A stretch of DNA of 64,000 nt from assembly GCA_015486015.1 (NCBI GenBank), contig WFSL01000024.1, positions 41,780-105,779 on the forward strand, in the 5' to 3' direction. Made by a program: the position numbers and the translations under genes. The notes under the pieces are model-generated. The model worked only from the letters and a program-made list of their open reading frames with translations. It was not told the origin of the DNA and did no database searches. Within the stretch, counting starts at the first letter, position 1. Each line of letters begins with the position of its first letter. This document shows positions 8,574 through 17,637 of this stretch, one piece after another. The DNA comes from Aquificota bacterium. GTDB lineage: Bacteria > Thermosulfidibacterota > Thermosulfidibacteria > Thermosulfidibacterales > B14-G1.

Positions 8574-10247
8574 TTACGTACCAGTCTCAAACAGATCTTT
8601 ATATCTTTCGCGCAGTTCGTATTTCTTTACTTTAGTCCCCACAGAAGTGGGTAACTGATCGAGAAAGACCACCTTTCTTGGTGTCTCAAAACCCGCCAGC
8701 TTTGCGCGGCAAAAATCAATCAGTTCTTGCTCAGTGGCGGTTTCTCCAGGTTTCAACACCACAGCGGCGACGACTGCTTCTCCCCAACGCCTATGTGGCA
8801 CGCCAAACACAGCCGCTCTCTCTACCTTAGGGCACATCATCAACGCATTTTCGACACGAATGGTTGAGATGCTCTCGCCTCGAGATTTGATAATATCTTT
8901 GATCCGGTCTACCATGATTATCAGGCCATTCTCGTCGTATTTACAGGCATCACCGCTGTGTAGCCACCCTCCACTAAAGGCTTTTTCTGTTGCTTCTTCG
9001 TTTTTATAATAGCCAGCCATCATAACTGGGGACCGCATTACCTTTTCCCCCACTACACCTGGAGGGCAGGTATTCATGTCTTCATCGACAATTTTTGTGG
9101 CGTAAAATGGGTGCGTCATGCCAAGATAGTTCACTGTGGGCGAGTTTTTCTCATATTTATCGTAAAATTTATGATGCCATCCTCTGGTATCGTAGACACA
9201 CTCAGTTTGTCCATCATAACTGAGAATCACAAGATCCCTACCAAAGATCTCTCTCAGCCTCTTATCAACGCTAGGGGGTAAAGGGCCCCATCCATACGAA
9301 CACGTTCTGAGGAATCTCGTTTCGTACGTACCAGGATTCTTCTCGTATATCTCTGCTATTTTGGCGAAATCAGCAGGACTTCCAAATACGCTGGTGAGTT
9401 TCTCTCTTGTTATTGTGTCAACTATGTGTTGGGGAGTTGGCAATCGAGTCATCACAGCCGTACCACCTGTTATATGGGCTGACAACATCATACCCTGAGC
9501 TGCAATGTGAAAAATAGGGTAATAGATGCCTATTTTGTAATCTAACTCTGTCAAAACTCCTGCCCCCCGAGAGTGGGTCAAAGCATGACTAATGGCGCAA
9601 AAGTATAAGTATACATGGCTAATCATAGCCCCCCTGGGCCACGCAGTGGTACCAGAAGTATACAATATCTCTGCAATATCATCGCCATGAATTCTTACAT
9701 CTGGCTCATCCTTGGATTGTTTATCAATAAATTCATCAAAAGAGGAGCTCCCAGGAGCAACATCCCCTCCGATGGGAATAGTAACGCCAATATCGATTCC
9801 AGTGTTCTTAAGTGTTTCTTCGATCTTCTGAATAAATCGTGCTTCAACGACAGAAAAAGACGGTTCAGTTTGCTTGATGATGTAGCTTACAACATCGTCT
9901 GCAAGCATCACATTAATCGGTACCAGCACCATTCCAGCCTTAAAGGTTCCAAGCTGAGAAATGTAATGTTCAGCACTGTTCAAAGCAAATGTGACGATTC
10001 TGTCTCCCCTTTTGAGTCCCCTTTCGAGCAAGGCGTTAGCAAACTGGTTTGCCTTTTCGTTGAGTTGTTTGTAAGTCAGCCTTTCGTTGTCCTTGAAAGC
10101 ATATGCTCCTTGCCATGAGACTAATGCTTCCTGATTGGGGCGGCTCCAAGTTATTCTTTCCGGGATGTCGCCTACTGCAATCCTATCCCATGGATGGTCG
10201 GCCCGTCTGTTGATCAGGCTTGTAACGTCAAATTTTATTTTTTTCAT
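8574..10247 (-). CDS. AMP-dependent synthetase/ligase (acyl-CoA synthetase family)
   Basis: The adenylate-forming enzyme motifs (LYTSGTTAWPRGAM, YGQTE, GWLHSGD, C-terminal K) place it in the acyl-CoA synthetase family. The likely start is MKKIKFD, with a GGGGG RBS; the upstream in-frame extension is not used. Confidence 0.85.
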   Translation of the reverse strand: MKKIKFDVTSLINRRADHPWDRIAVGDIPERITWSRPNQEALVSWQGAYAFKDNERLTYKQLNEKANQFANALLERGLKRGDRIVTFALNSAEHYISQLGTFKAGMVLVPINVMLADDVVSYIIKQTEPSFSVVEARFIQKIEETLKNTGIDIGVTIPIGGDVAPGSSSFDEFIDKQSKDEPDVRIHGDDIAEILYTSGTTAWPRGAMISHVYLYFCAISHALTHSRGAGVLTELDYKIGIYYPIFHIAAQGMMLSAHITGGTAVMTRLPTPQHIVDTITREKLTSVFGSPADFAKIAEIYEKNPGTYETRFLRTCSYGWGPLPPSVDKRLREIFGRDLVILSYDGQTECVYDTRGWHHKFYDKYEKNSPTVNYLGMTHPFYATKIVDEDMNTCPPGVVGEKVMRSPVMMAGYYKNEEATEKAFSGGWLHSGDACKYDENGLIIMVDRIKDIIKSRGESISTIRVENALMMCPKVERAAVFGVPHRRWGEAVVAAVVLKPGETATEQELIDFCRAKLAGFETPRKVVFLDQLPTSVGTKVKKYELRERYKDLFETGT

Positions 10248-10396
10248 ATATACCCCCTTTGCACAATTTCCTCCAATCTCCTTTGTCCCCCTCAAAGGCC
10301 CTTCGCAAGTAGCACTTCACAGCTCTAAAACGGATTTCCGATGATCCTATCACCTTTGCCAAATAACTTTTATATATTGTGAGATTTAGATAAATT

Positions 10397-10412
10397 CTTG
10401 ATATTAATCAAG
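10397..10412. promoter_or_regulatory. Perfect inverted repeat CTTGAT-ATTA-ATCAAG (candidate operator) upstream of the ligase gene at 8574-10247
   Basis: Exact 6-bp arms with a 4-bp spacer were read directly from the sequence. The site lies in the AT-rich promoter region. Confidence 0.4.
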
Positions 10413-10426
10413 TCCCCATTCTTGTG

Positions 10427-10495
10427 GGCATTGTAGGGTATGTCCGCTTGTAGTGATCTTTGCGGCGAAAATTGCCAAATTCAAGACCTGACCCC
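10427..10495. repeat. Copy B of the ~70-nt direct repeat, in the 3' flank of the second ligase gene
   Basis: See copy A. Together the two copies bracket the 8574-10247 gene and its promoter region. Confidence 0.7.
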
Positions 10496-10500
10496 CAGAT

Positions 10501-11955
10501 CTAAAGGAGTTCTGCCAGCCTTTTCTTGTCTATCTTTCCTACCGAATTCTTGGGGATCTCTTTTAGAACTATAAATTCTCTCGGGCGCTTGAAATCTGCC
10601 AACTTTTCTTTACAAATAGCCTTGAGTTTTTCAGTAATATCTTCACCACTTTCATCTGTAGGTGAGATGAATGCAACTGGTTGTTGGCCCAGTATCGTGT
10701 CTCTTCCCATTACACATACTTCTTTTAAAAGCCCAGTCTCCATGAGGACTTTTTCAATCTCGATTGGATATACATTTTCACCTTGAACAATTATCATGTC
10801 CCCCATCCTACCAAACAGGGTCAAGAAACCTTCTTTATCTAACTTCCCCAAGTCTCCCATCCTAAGATAATCACCAAAGAATGCACTCTTTGTGTCTGCA
10901 TTAATGTAGCCCTTCATATATCTGGGTCGTGTTACTACCTCTCCTACCTTACCCACTACGAATTTATTTTCATCTAAGATCTTCACTTCGACCCCTTTGA
11001 CCGCCTTGCCAACCGTTTCTGAATGGGAGATGGCGTACTTATCATCTAAAATTGTTATTGTCCCACCTACTTCTGTTGATCCATAGAAATTGAATAATTT
11101 TATGTGAGGGAATCTTTTCTTGAGTGCCCTTATGACCTGAGGTCTCATAGGAGCACCTGCGTACCCGAATATTTTAGTTCCTAAAAGCTTGTACTTTTTT
11201 GATATGCCGGAAAGAATTAAAAGAGCAAAAATGGTTGGAGGGCCTAATAGCACATCTATACTATACTCTTCCAGAAGATGTGCCACATTTTGAGGCGTAG
11301 TATCGTTAGTTAATATGACGGTTTCACCCAGTATTATGGCGGGTATTAATTGATCCTCGCAACCTATCGCATGATATAAAGGTGCAGCTATCAGTTGCTT
11401 CATATCTGACTCGAATCCAAGACCTTCGATCATTACATTTGCATAAAATAGGCTGTTTCTATTCGTATGTAAGACCCCTTTTGGAGTACCTGTTGTACCA
11501 GAAGTGAAGAGTATGAAAGCGTTTTCGCTCTTGGAAACTGGAGTTTCTCCGCTTATATCCAGCTCTTTTGCAATTTTTGCGTTTATCTTTGTAACTCTTT
11601 TTATACTACTTACTTTTCCCCCATAAATGGGATTCAATATAATCGCCTTCGATTGAGAAGCATCTATTATATATTTTATTTCTTCTGAAGTTAGGCGATT
11701 GTTTACAGGGACAGTTACCATACCCAATTTGTTTAGTGACAAAAGAGATATTACAAATTCTACCTGGTTATTTAAGAGTAGGGCTACGCTATCACCTTCG
11801 TTTAAACCGATCTCATTTTTTAGATAGTATGAGAATTTATCGACAAGTTTAGATATCTGGCCAAAGGTGAATCTGCTCTCATTGTCAACAACGAAAAGTT
11901 TGCTTTTATTTAACTGGCTAATCTTATAAAACTGTTGATAGATTGACATATTCAT
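10501..11955 (-). CDS. Adenylate-forming enzyme (AMP-ligase; acyl-ACP / acyl-CoA synthetase-like)
   Basis: ILFTSGTTGTPKGV and YGSTE adenylation motifs and a C-terminal GK. The gene is AT-rich, and its start overlaps the upstream ACP gene stop by 4 nt, implying translational coupling. Confidence 0.85.
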   Translation of the reverse strand: MNMSIYQQFYKISQLNKSKLFVVDNESRFTFGQISKLVDKFSYYLKNEIGLNEGDSVALLLNNQVEFVISLLSLNKLGMVTVPVNNRLTSEEIKYIIDASQSKAIILNPIYGGKVSSIKRVTKINAKIAKELDISGETPVSKSENAFILFTSGTTGTPKGVLHTNRNSLFYANVMIEGLGFESDMKQLIAAPLYHAIGCEDQLIPAIILGETVILTNDTTPQNVAHLLEEYSIDVLLGPPTIFALLILSGISKKYKLLGTKIFGYAGAPMRPQVIRALKKRFPHIKLFNFYGSTEVGGTITILDDKYAISHSETVGKAVKGVEVKILDENKFVVGKVGEVVTRPRYMKGYINADTKSAFFGDYLRMGDLGKLDKEGFLTLFGRMGDMIIVQGENVYPIEIEKVLMETGLLKEVCVMGRDTILGQQPVAFISPTDESGEDITEKLKAICKEKLADFKRPREFIVLKEIPKNSVGKIDKKRLAELL

Positions 11956-12221
11956 CGTGCATCCTCTTGTGTTTTTTTAGAAATGTATCTGCACAAAGAG
12001 CCGAAATTTTCAAATGCATCCATGTCCATAAGTTCATCATCATCTATCTCTATATTAAATTTTTGTTCTAAAATGCTGATAAGCTCTGTTAGCGCTAATG
12101 AGTCAAGACCAAAATCGCTACCGTATATTTCAGTTTCATCAGTAACCTTACTGTACTCTATATTTTGGACGTTATCTACTGCTGTAATTGCTTCATAACA
12201 TAATTTTCTTATGTCTTTCAT
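11952..12221 (-). CDS. Acyl carrier protein
   Basis: 89 aa, acidic, with the phosphopantetheine attachment motif GLDSLALTEL (DSL serine) in a four-helix-sized protein. Confidence 0.8.
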   Translation of the reverse strand: MKDIRKLCYEAITAVDNVQNIEYSKVTDETEIYGSDFGLDSLALTELISILEQKFNIEIDDDELMDMDAFENFGSLCRYISKKTQEDAR

Positions 12222-12230
12222 GATATCCTC

Positions 12231-12815
12231 CTATTCTAAAAACCAGATGTGAAAAGGTTTTCTTTCAAGAGTCTTGATCCTCTGATCCGGTATTCCAATT
12301 GTAATAAGTGCCAAGAGTTCTCCTTTATCCTTATCAATTCCTAATATCTCCTGAGCTTCAGTTCGACTTTTTTCATCTATTCCTATCCAACATGTTCCTA
12401 ATCCTTTATCATAGGCAAGCAACAATATATTTTGGATCACTGCGTAAACAGAGGCCCTTTGGAATTCTATATCTGTATCTCCTATTCTATTGCTTCTCAG
12501 CGCACCAATAAGGTAGGGTGCATTGCCAAAATTCTTCAAGAATTTTTTTATAATAAGTTGAGAAAGATCTTTCTTTTGGGAGATTTTTTCTATTGCCGTT
12601 TTCGCTTTCTCATAGAGAAAATTTCCTATGTGGTCCTTTCTGCTTAGTACATATTCTCTGGAAAGGATTACAAAATTCCAGGGTTGAGAATTGAATGGGG
12701 AAGGTGCCCAGACCGCTGTATTTATGATTTCTCTGATAATCTCCTCGCTTATCTTCTTATCTTTATACTTTCTAATAGATCTTCTATTTGTTATGATGTC
12801 GGAGAGCGGCTTCAT
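12231..12815 (-). CDS. Nitroreductase-family FMN oxidoreductase
   Basis: N-terminus RRSIRKY...AVWAPSPFNSQPWNFVIL and GIDEKSRTEAQEILGI... match the nitroreductase / NADH-oxidase fold. Confidence 0.8.
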   Translation of the reverse strand: MKPLSDIITNRRSIRKYKDKKISEEIIREIINTAVWAPSPFNSQPWNFVILSREYVLSRKDHIGNFLYEKAKTAIEKISQKKDLSQLIIKKFLKNFGNAPYLIGALRSNRIGDTDIEFQRASVYAVIQNILLLAYDKGLGTCWIGIDEKSRTEAQEILGIDKDKGELLALITIGIPDQRIKTLERKPFHIWFLE

Positions 12816-13886
12816 CTAAACCACCTTTACAGCTTTTGTTTTTTTGAGAAAATGGATTCTCTCTTCGTAAAAACGCTTGCAATAATCGCAGCTTCCGCCT
12901 ACTGTGTAACAATCATTGTCACAATCGGGTCTATACTCATAAAAATAATTTAAAAATCCGTCCAGATCTTTGTTCGATATAAATCTTCTGTTGTCTCTCA
13001 AATTTTCAGGTTTCTGTAAAAACATGGGGAAAAGGTGCATCAAATTTCCATCATAGTCGAGGGATGTATAAGCATTCATGAAGAATTTAATTAGTTCTGG
13101 ATGGCTTTCTCTACGAACAATTTTGAAGTATTCAATGCCGAAATTGTCGTGATAAAATGGTACGTCTTCTGGTCTGATGAATCTTGTTTTCAAGATATTT
13201 ACTGGAAACTCACTTAGAAGCTCTTTGTAACAGAATTTATAATAGTAATTGTGCGTCTTATCTTGGGCAAAATCTGGATTGGAACGGTGTAGATAGTGCT
13301 GAGGTAAAAAGGGACAGTCAAATCTACAAATTTCATTACAGAGTATTTCATACTCTAAATCGGGGAATTTTCTTAGCTTTTCTAAAAAGTTGAAGTCTCT
13401 TCCTTTAAAAAGTGAAGGAATAATTCTATGGACCCCCATATCTTTAAAACGTTTTATCTTTTGGAGGCTGTCTGCTTGGCATATAGCACTAACTGAAATT
13501 TCTAAATTGCTACTTTGAGCAGCCAATTCTATGAGGGGAATGGCGGTAAGGATAATACCTTTTACTCCTGTATCTTCTATCCTTTTTAGGAAATCGATGA
13601 TCTTATTCCTATATTTTTCTATAATATCAGGTGTTGCCCTCAAAGTATTTAAATTAAGATGAACATCTATGTTGTATTTTTTGCCCTTTTTCACGAACTC
13701 CACCAGATCCTTCCAGGAAGCATGCTCTCTCCCCTTACCAAAACTAATAGAAGAGAAAGAAAATATATCATCTTCGACTGAACCATAAAATTCTTTAACT
13801 ATGCCTTTCCCCTTCTGGTTACAACGATCAGCATATTCTATAAGCTCGATATTTTTAAAGCTAGTGCCTACGCAAAATTTAATCAT
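12816..13886 (-). CDS. Peptidase U32-family protein (UbiU/RlhA/TrhP-like, probable Fe-S enzyme)
   Basis: FSxxxFG...VHLNLNTL, then GVKGIILTAIPLIELAA, then a LEYEILCNEICRFDCPF cysteine cluster. This parallels the U32 TIM-barrel core and its conserved Cys ligands (compare YhbU/UbiU). An additional C-terminal CDNDCYTVGGSCDYC cluster is present. Confidence 0.55.
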   Translation of the reverse strand: MIKFCVGTSFKNIELIEYADRCNQKGKGIVKEFYGSVEDDIFSFSSISFGKGREHASWKDLVEFVKKGKKYNIDVHLNLNTLRATPDIIEKYRNKIIDFLKRIEDTGVKGIILTAIPLIELAAQSSNLEISVSAICQADSLQKIKRFKDMGVHRIIPSLFKGRDFNFLEKLRKFPDLEYEILCNEICRFDCPFLPQHYLHRSNPDFAQDKTHNYYYKFCYKELLSEFPVNILKTRFIRPEDVPFYHDNFGIEYFKIVRRESHPELIKFFMNAYTSLDYDGNLMHLFPMFLQKPENLRDNRRFISNKDLDGFLNYFYEYRPDCDNDCYTVGGSCDYCKRFYEERIHFLKKTKAVKVV

Positions 13887-14276
13887 TTCTCCCTCCTTCT
13901 CTCTTCTTCGAATCTTCTAGACCTATGCCCAAGAGAACTATAGGGGGAGAGCCCTTTCTCATAGAGTAACAAGCGCCAGCTCCCACTCTTTTGCTTGAGC
14001 CTTTTGATATGCTCCTATCTTTAAGCCTCCTCATCTCTGGGGCTGGATCCCAAGATGCTCCTTTTGGCGTTAGGTATTCCCCCATTCCAGCCTTCCACTT
14101 CAGTGATCCCGAGCTCTTGCTTTTTAGAGCGGCCTCGCTTCTCTCAAAATATGTAATTAATTTATACTCGGTAAGGATGTCAAGACCCCACAGAGGAGTT
14201 TTCGATTGATTTTTGGAGGGTGCTCGGACTATCTTTTGTTCGAGGGTGGTGAGATCGTTTAAGTTGGGGCTTGGCT

Positions 14277-15443
14277 ATGGAACGTGGGATGCATCTCATG
14301 TTGGGGAGCGAGGCCATGGCCTTTGGGGTGAAGCTTTGTCGCCCCCAGGTGATCGCTGCTTACCCCATTACTCCCCAGACCCATATTGTGGAATGTCTTG
14401 CGGATATGGTGGAGGGAGGGAAGTTGACCCCCTGTCGGTTTGTTACTGTGGAGTCAGAGCTCTCCAGTATCTCAGTAGCGTTGGGAGCATCTGGGGCAGG
14501 GGCCAGGGTCTTTACCGCTACCTCTTCACAGGGTTTGGCCCTCATGCATGAAATCCTCCATTGGGTGGCAGGGATGCGCCTTCCAGTGGTCCTTGCCAAT
14601 GCCAATCGCGCCCTGGGTGGGCCCTGGATCCTCTATATGGACCAGACAGATTCCCTTTCCCAGCGGGATACGGGTTGGATACAGGTCTACTGTGCCAGTG
14701 TCCAGGAAGCCCTGGATATGGTGCCCTTGGCCTATAGGGTTGCTGAGAATCATTTGCTGCCTGTGATGGTGGTGATGGATGGCTTTTGGATTTCCCACAC
14801 AATGGAGCCTGTTAGCGTGCCATCTCAGGGGGATATTGATGCCTTTCTCCCCCCCAGGAGCGACAGGCTTTTCATGGATCTTTCTGATCCTCAGGCCCTT
14901 GGGGCCCCAACCTCTTCCACTACCTTCTATGCCATAAAGAGGGAGATTCAGGATGAGATGGAAGGGGTGCTAAGGGGGTTTCTGGATTATGCCAAGGAGT
15001 ATGCCTCCTTTTCTGGGAGGCTTTATAGGATCGTAGAGGCCTGGCACATGGATGATGCAGAGGTGGCATTGGTGGGACTGGGAGGAATTATAGGCACTGC
15101 CCGATACACATGTTCCATCTTAAGGAGTCGTGGGATAAGGGCAGGGGTGGTCTTCCCCCGCTTTTTTAGACCCTTCCCAGTAGAGGGGATGAGGGATGCA
15201 TTGAGGAATGTGAAGGTGGTGGTAGCCATGAACAGGGCCTTCTCTCCTGGAGTGGGGGGACAGCTTACCCAGGAGATAAAGTGGGCCCTCTATTCCCTCG
15301 ACTCTCCGCCTCGTGTGGTGGACTGGATGGCGGGGCTCGGGGGTGTAGATCCCACACCAGAGGCCATAGAGGAGGCAGTTGTAAGGGCCTTACAGGGAGA
15401 AGATGTAATATGGATGGAGAACCCCGTGGGTCCTCAGCGATGA
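14277..15443 (+). CDS. 2-oxoacid:ferredoxin oxidoreductase, alpha subunit (KorA/PorA-like)
   Basis: N-terminus LMLGSEAMAFGVKLCRPQVIAAYPITPQT is the canonical OFOR alpha N-terminus. A TTG at 14271 and an ATG at 14277 are both possible starts. Confidence 0.85.
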   Translation: MERGMHLMLGSEAMAFGVKLCRPQVIAAYPITPQTHIVECLADMVEGGKLTPCRFVTVESELSSISVALGASGAGARVFTATSSQGLALMHEILHWVAGMRLPVVLANANRALGGPWILYMDQTDSLSQRDTGWIQVYCASVQEALDMVPLAYRVAENHLLPVMVVMDGFWISHTMEPVSVPSQGDIDAFLPPRSDRLFMDLSDPQALGAPTSSTTFYAIKREIQDEMEGVLRGFLDYAKEYASFSGRLYRIVEAWHMDDAEVALVGLGGIIGTARYTCSILRSRGIRAGVVFPRFFRPFPVEGMRDALRNVKVVVAMNRAFSPGVGGQLTQEIKWALYSLDSPPRVVDWMAGLGGVDPTPEAIEEAVVRALQGEDVIWMENPVGPQR

Positions 15444-16306
15444 TCCCCAAGGATGAGCTCTTACATCCTGGTCATCCTGCCTGTCCTGGGTGTGGTGCAG
15501 CTCTTTCTATGCGTCTGGCCCTAAAGGCCTTAGGGAAGAGAGTGATGATGGTGATTCCCGCCTCGTGTTGGTCTATCATTGCTGGGGCCCATCCCTTCTT
15601 TTCCCTGGGGGTACCCTTGCTCCATGTTCCCTTCCTTTCCGCTGCTGCGGCAGCGGCAGGGGTGAGGGCTGCTTTGGAGGCCCGGGGTGAGGAGGACGTC
15701 ACCGTGGTGGCGTGGGCAGGAGACGGTGGTACATACGATATAGGCTTTCAGGGTTTCTCAGGCGCGGCCGAGAGGGGCACAGACATGATATACGTCTGTT
15801 ACGATAATGAGGCGTATATGAATACAGGGGGGCAGCGGAGCTCTGCAACCCCAGTGGGTACCTTCACGGGTACTACACCGAAGGGGAAGAGGGAAGGGAA
15901 AAAGGATCTGTTGAGTGTTATAGTGGCCCACGGTGCCTCTTATGTGGCTACTGCGACGATAGCCTATCCCCAGGATATGATAGAAAAGCTTAGGAAAGCC
16001 AAGCAGAAGAAGGGGTTTCGTTTTGTGCATCTGCTTTCACCTTGCCCCACGGGATGGGGTTACCCAGAGGATAGGACTGTAACCATGGCCAGGATGGCCG
16101 TGGAGTCTGGGGCCTATCCCCTTTTGGAGTGGGAGGAAGGGGGATGGCATGTTACCCAAAGGCCTTCATTTAGTGTCAGCGTAGAGGAGTACCTTGAGGC
16201 ACAGGGACGGTTTAAGGGTTGGGAAAGGGAGGAACTCAAGGGATTGGCAAGGAGGGTGCTCTTACAGTGGCATAGGCTGAGAGATTTGGAGGGTATGCCT
16301 CGATGA
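15410..16306 (+). CDS. 2-oxoacid:ferredoxin oxidoreductase, beta subunit (TPP-binding, KorB/PorB-like)
   Basis: PACPGCGAALSMRLA and the GDGGTYDIGF TPP-binding motif. An alternative ATG at 15440 overlaps the alpha stop (ATGA); the ATG at 15410 has the better GGGAGA RBS. Confidence 0.85.
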   Translation: MDGEPRGSSAMIPKDELLHPGHPACPGCGAALSMRLALKALGKRVMMVIPASCWSIIAGAHPFFSLGVPLLHVPFLSAAAAAAGVRAALEARGEEDVTVVAWAGDGGTYDIGFQGFSGAAERGTDMIYVCYDNEAYMNTGGQRSSATPVGTFTGTTPKGKREGKKDLLSVIVAHGASYVATATIAYPQDMIEKLRKAKQKKGFRFVHLLSPCPTGWGYPEDRTVTMARMAVESGAYPLLEWEEGGWHVTQRPSFSVSVEEYLEAQGRFKGWEREELKGLARRVLLQWHRLRDLEGMPR

Positions 16307-17637
16307 TAGAGGAGAGGGACTTTCGAGTATTAGTGGTAGACGATGATAAGGCGTTTTCCCTGTTGCTCTCCAGTATCCTGAAGGATGAGGGATACCAAGT
16401 GGAGGTGGCATATTCTGGGGAGGCTGCTTTAAAGAAGATCAAGGGGTTTGCACCGCATCTGGTTTTGGTGGACTTGAAGATGCCAGGAATGGGTGGCCTG
16501 GAGCTTATGCAGAATGTGAAGGACGGTGGCTCTGATGTTGACTTTGTAGTGATCACTGCCTTTGGTACGGTAGAGACAGCGGTGGAGGCTATGAAGTTGG
16601 GCGCCTTCGATTATCTCACTAAGCCCTTGAAAGATCCGGAGGAACTGCGGCAGTTGGTAGGAAGGATATTTGAGAGACAGCGGCTGGTGCTGGAGAATCA
16701 GCTTCTCAAAGAGCAACTTGGTCGGGACATGCCTCCCGTAGAGCTCATCTTTCTGGGGATGGAGGATGTGAGGCGAGAGGTGGAAGAGGTGGCACCTACC
16801 AACGCCACTGTCATGCTTTATGGGGAGAGTGGAACAGGCAAATCTCTCATAGCAAAAGTGCTCCACCAGTGGAGCGGGAGAAAGGGACCCTTTGTGGAGA
16901 TAAATTGCGCGGCTATTCCAGAGACGCTTTTGGAGGCAGAACTTTTTGGTTACGAGAGGGGGGCCTTTACGGGTGCTGTTTCCAGCAAGAGAGGAAAGTT
17001 CGAATTGGCCCAAAAGGGAACCATTTTTCTGGATGAGGTCTCGGAAATGGGATTCTCCTCACAGGCTAAACTCCTTAGGGTATTGCAGGATGGTGCCTTC
17101 GAGCGTTTGGGGGGACTGGCCACCCTTAAGACCAATGCGAGGGTGGTTGCGGCCACAAATAGGAACCTGAGGGAGGCCATCAGGGAGAAGAGGTTTAGGG
17201 AGGATCTCTATTATCGCCTCAATGTCTTCCCCATAGAAATCCCCCCTTTAAGACAAAGGAAGGGTGTGATACCGGACTTAGTGAGATACTTCGTGGCCTT
17301 ATCAAGCAAGAGGTTAGGGAAGGAGATAAAGGAGGTGCCTGGGGGTGTGATGGATACCTTGCAAGGTTACCCTTGGCCTGGGAATATTCGGGAGTTGCAG
17401 AACGTGATTGAGAGGGCGGTGATTCTGAGCAAGGGAGAGAGGCTTGCTCCACCTCGATTGGAGGTTGAGCAAGGAGAGGATTTCATTCCAGAAGGGAGCC
17501 TTAAGGAGGTGGAGAAAAGGGCCATCGAGAAGGCACTGAAGCGGTTTGGTGGGAACAGGAGGAGGGCCGCAGAGTTCTTAGGCATCTCCCTAAGGGCTCT
17601 TCAATACAAGATCAAGGGTTATGGGATTACCCAGTGA
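16303..17637 (+). CDS. Sigma-54-dependent response regulator (NtrC family: REC + AAA+ + Fis-type HTH)
   Basis: Receiver domain (VLVVDDD...VDLKMPGMGG), Walker A GESGTGKS, an intact GAFTGA motif (ELFGYERGAFTGA) and a C-terminal HTH (AAEFLGISLRALQYKIK). Confidence 0.9.
   Translation: MIEERDFRVLVVDDDKAFSLLLSSILKDEGYQVEVAYSGEAALKKIKGFAPHLVLVDLKMPGMGGLELMQNVKDGGSDVDFVVITAFGTVETAVEAMKLGAFDYLTKPLKDPEELRQLVGRIFERQRLVLENQLLKEQLGRDMPPVELIFLGMEDVRREVEEVAPTNATVMLYGESGTGKSLIAKVLHQWSGRKGPFVEINCAAIPETLLEAELFGYERGAFTGAVSSKRGKFELAQKGTIFLDEVSEMGFSSQAKLLRVLQDGAFERLGGLATLKTNARVVAATNRNLREAIREKRFREDLYYRLNVFPIEIPPLRQRKGVIPDLVRYFVALSSKRLGKEIKEVPGGVMDTLQGYPWPGNIRELQNVIERAVILSKGERLAPPRLEVEQGEDFIPEGSLKEVEKRAIEKALKRFGGNRRRAAEFLGISLRALQYKIKGYGITQ

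Noticed and set aside
9615-10118. 167-aa plus-strand ORF
   Set aside because: It is internal and antisense to the AMP-ligase gene at 8574-10247, and it has no motifs.
13879-14085. 68-aa minus-strand ORF upstream of the U32 gene
   Set aside because: It overlaps the U32 start and RBS and has a low-complexity basic composition. It lies in the putative promoter region of the AT-rich cassette.
16429-17013. 194-aa minus-strand ORF
   Set aside because: It is antisense to the NtrC-family regulator, which has clear Walker A and GAFTGA motifs.
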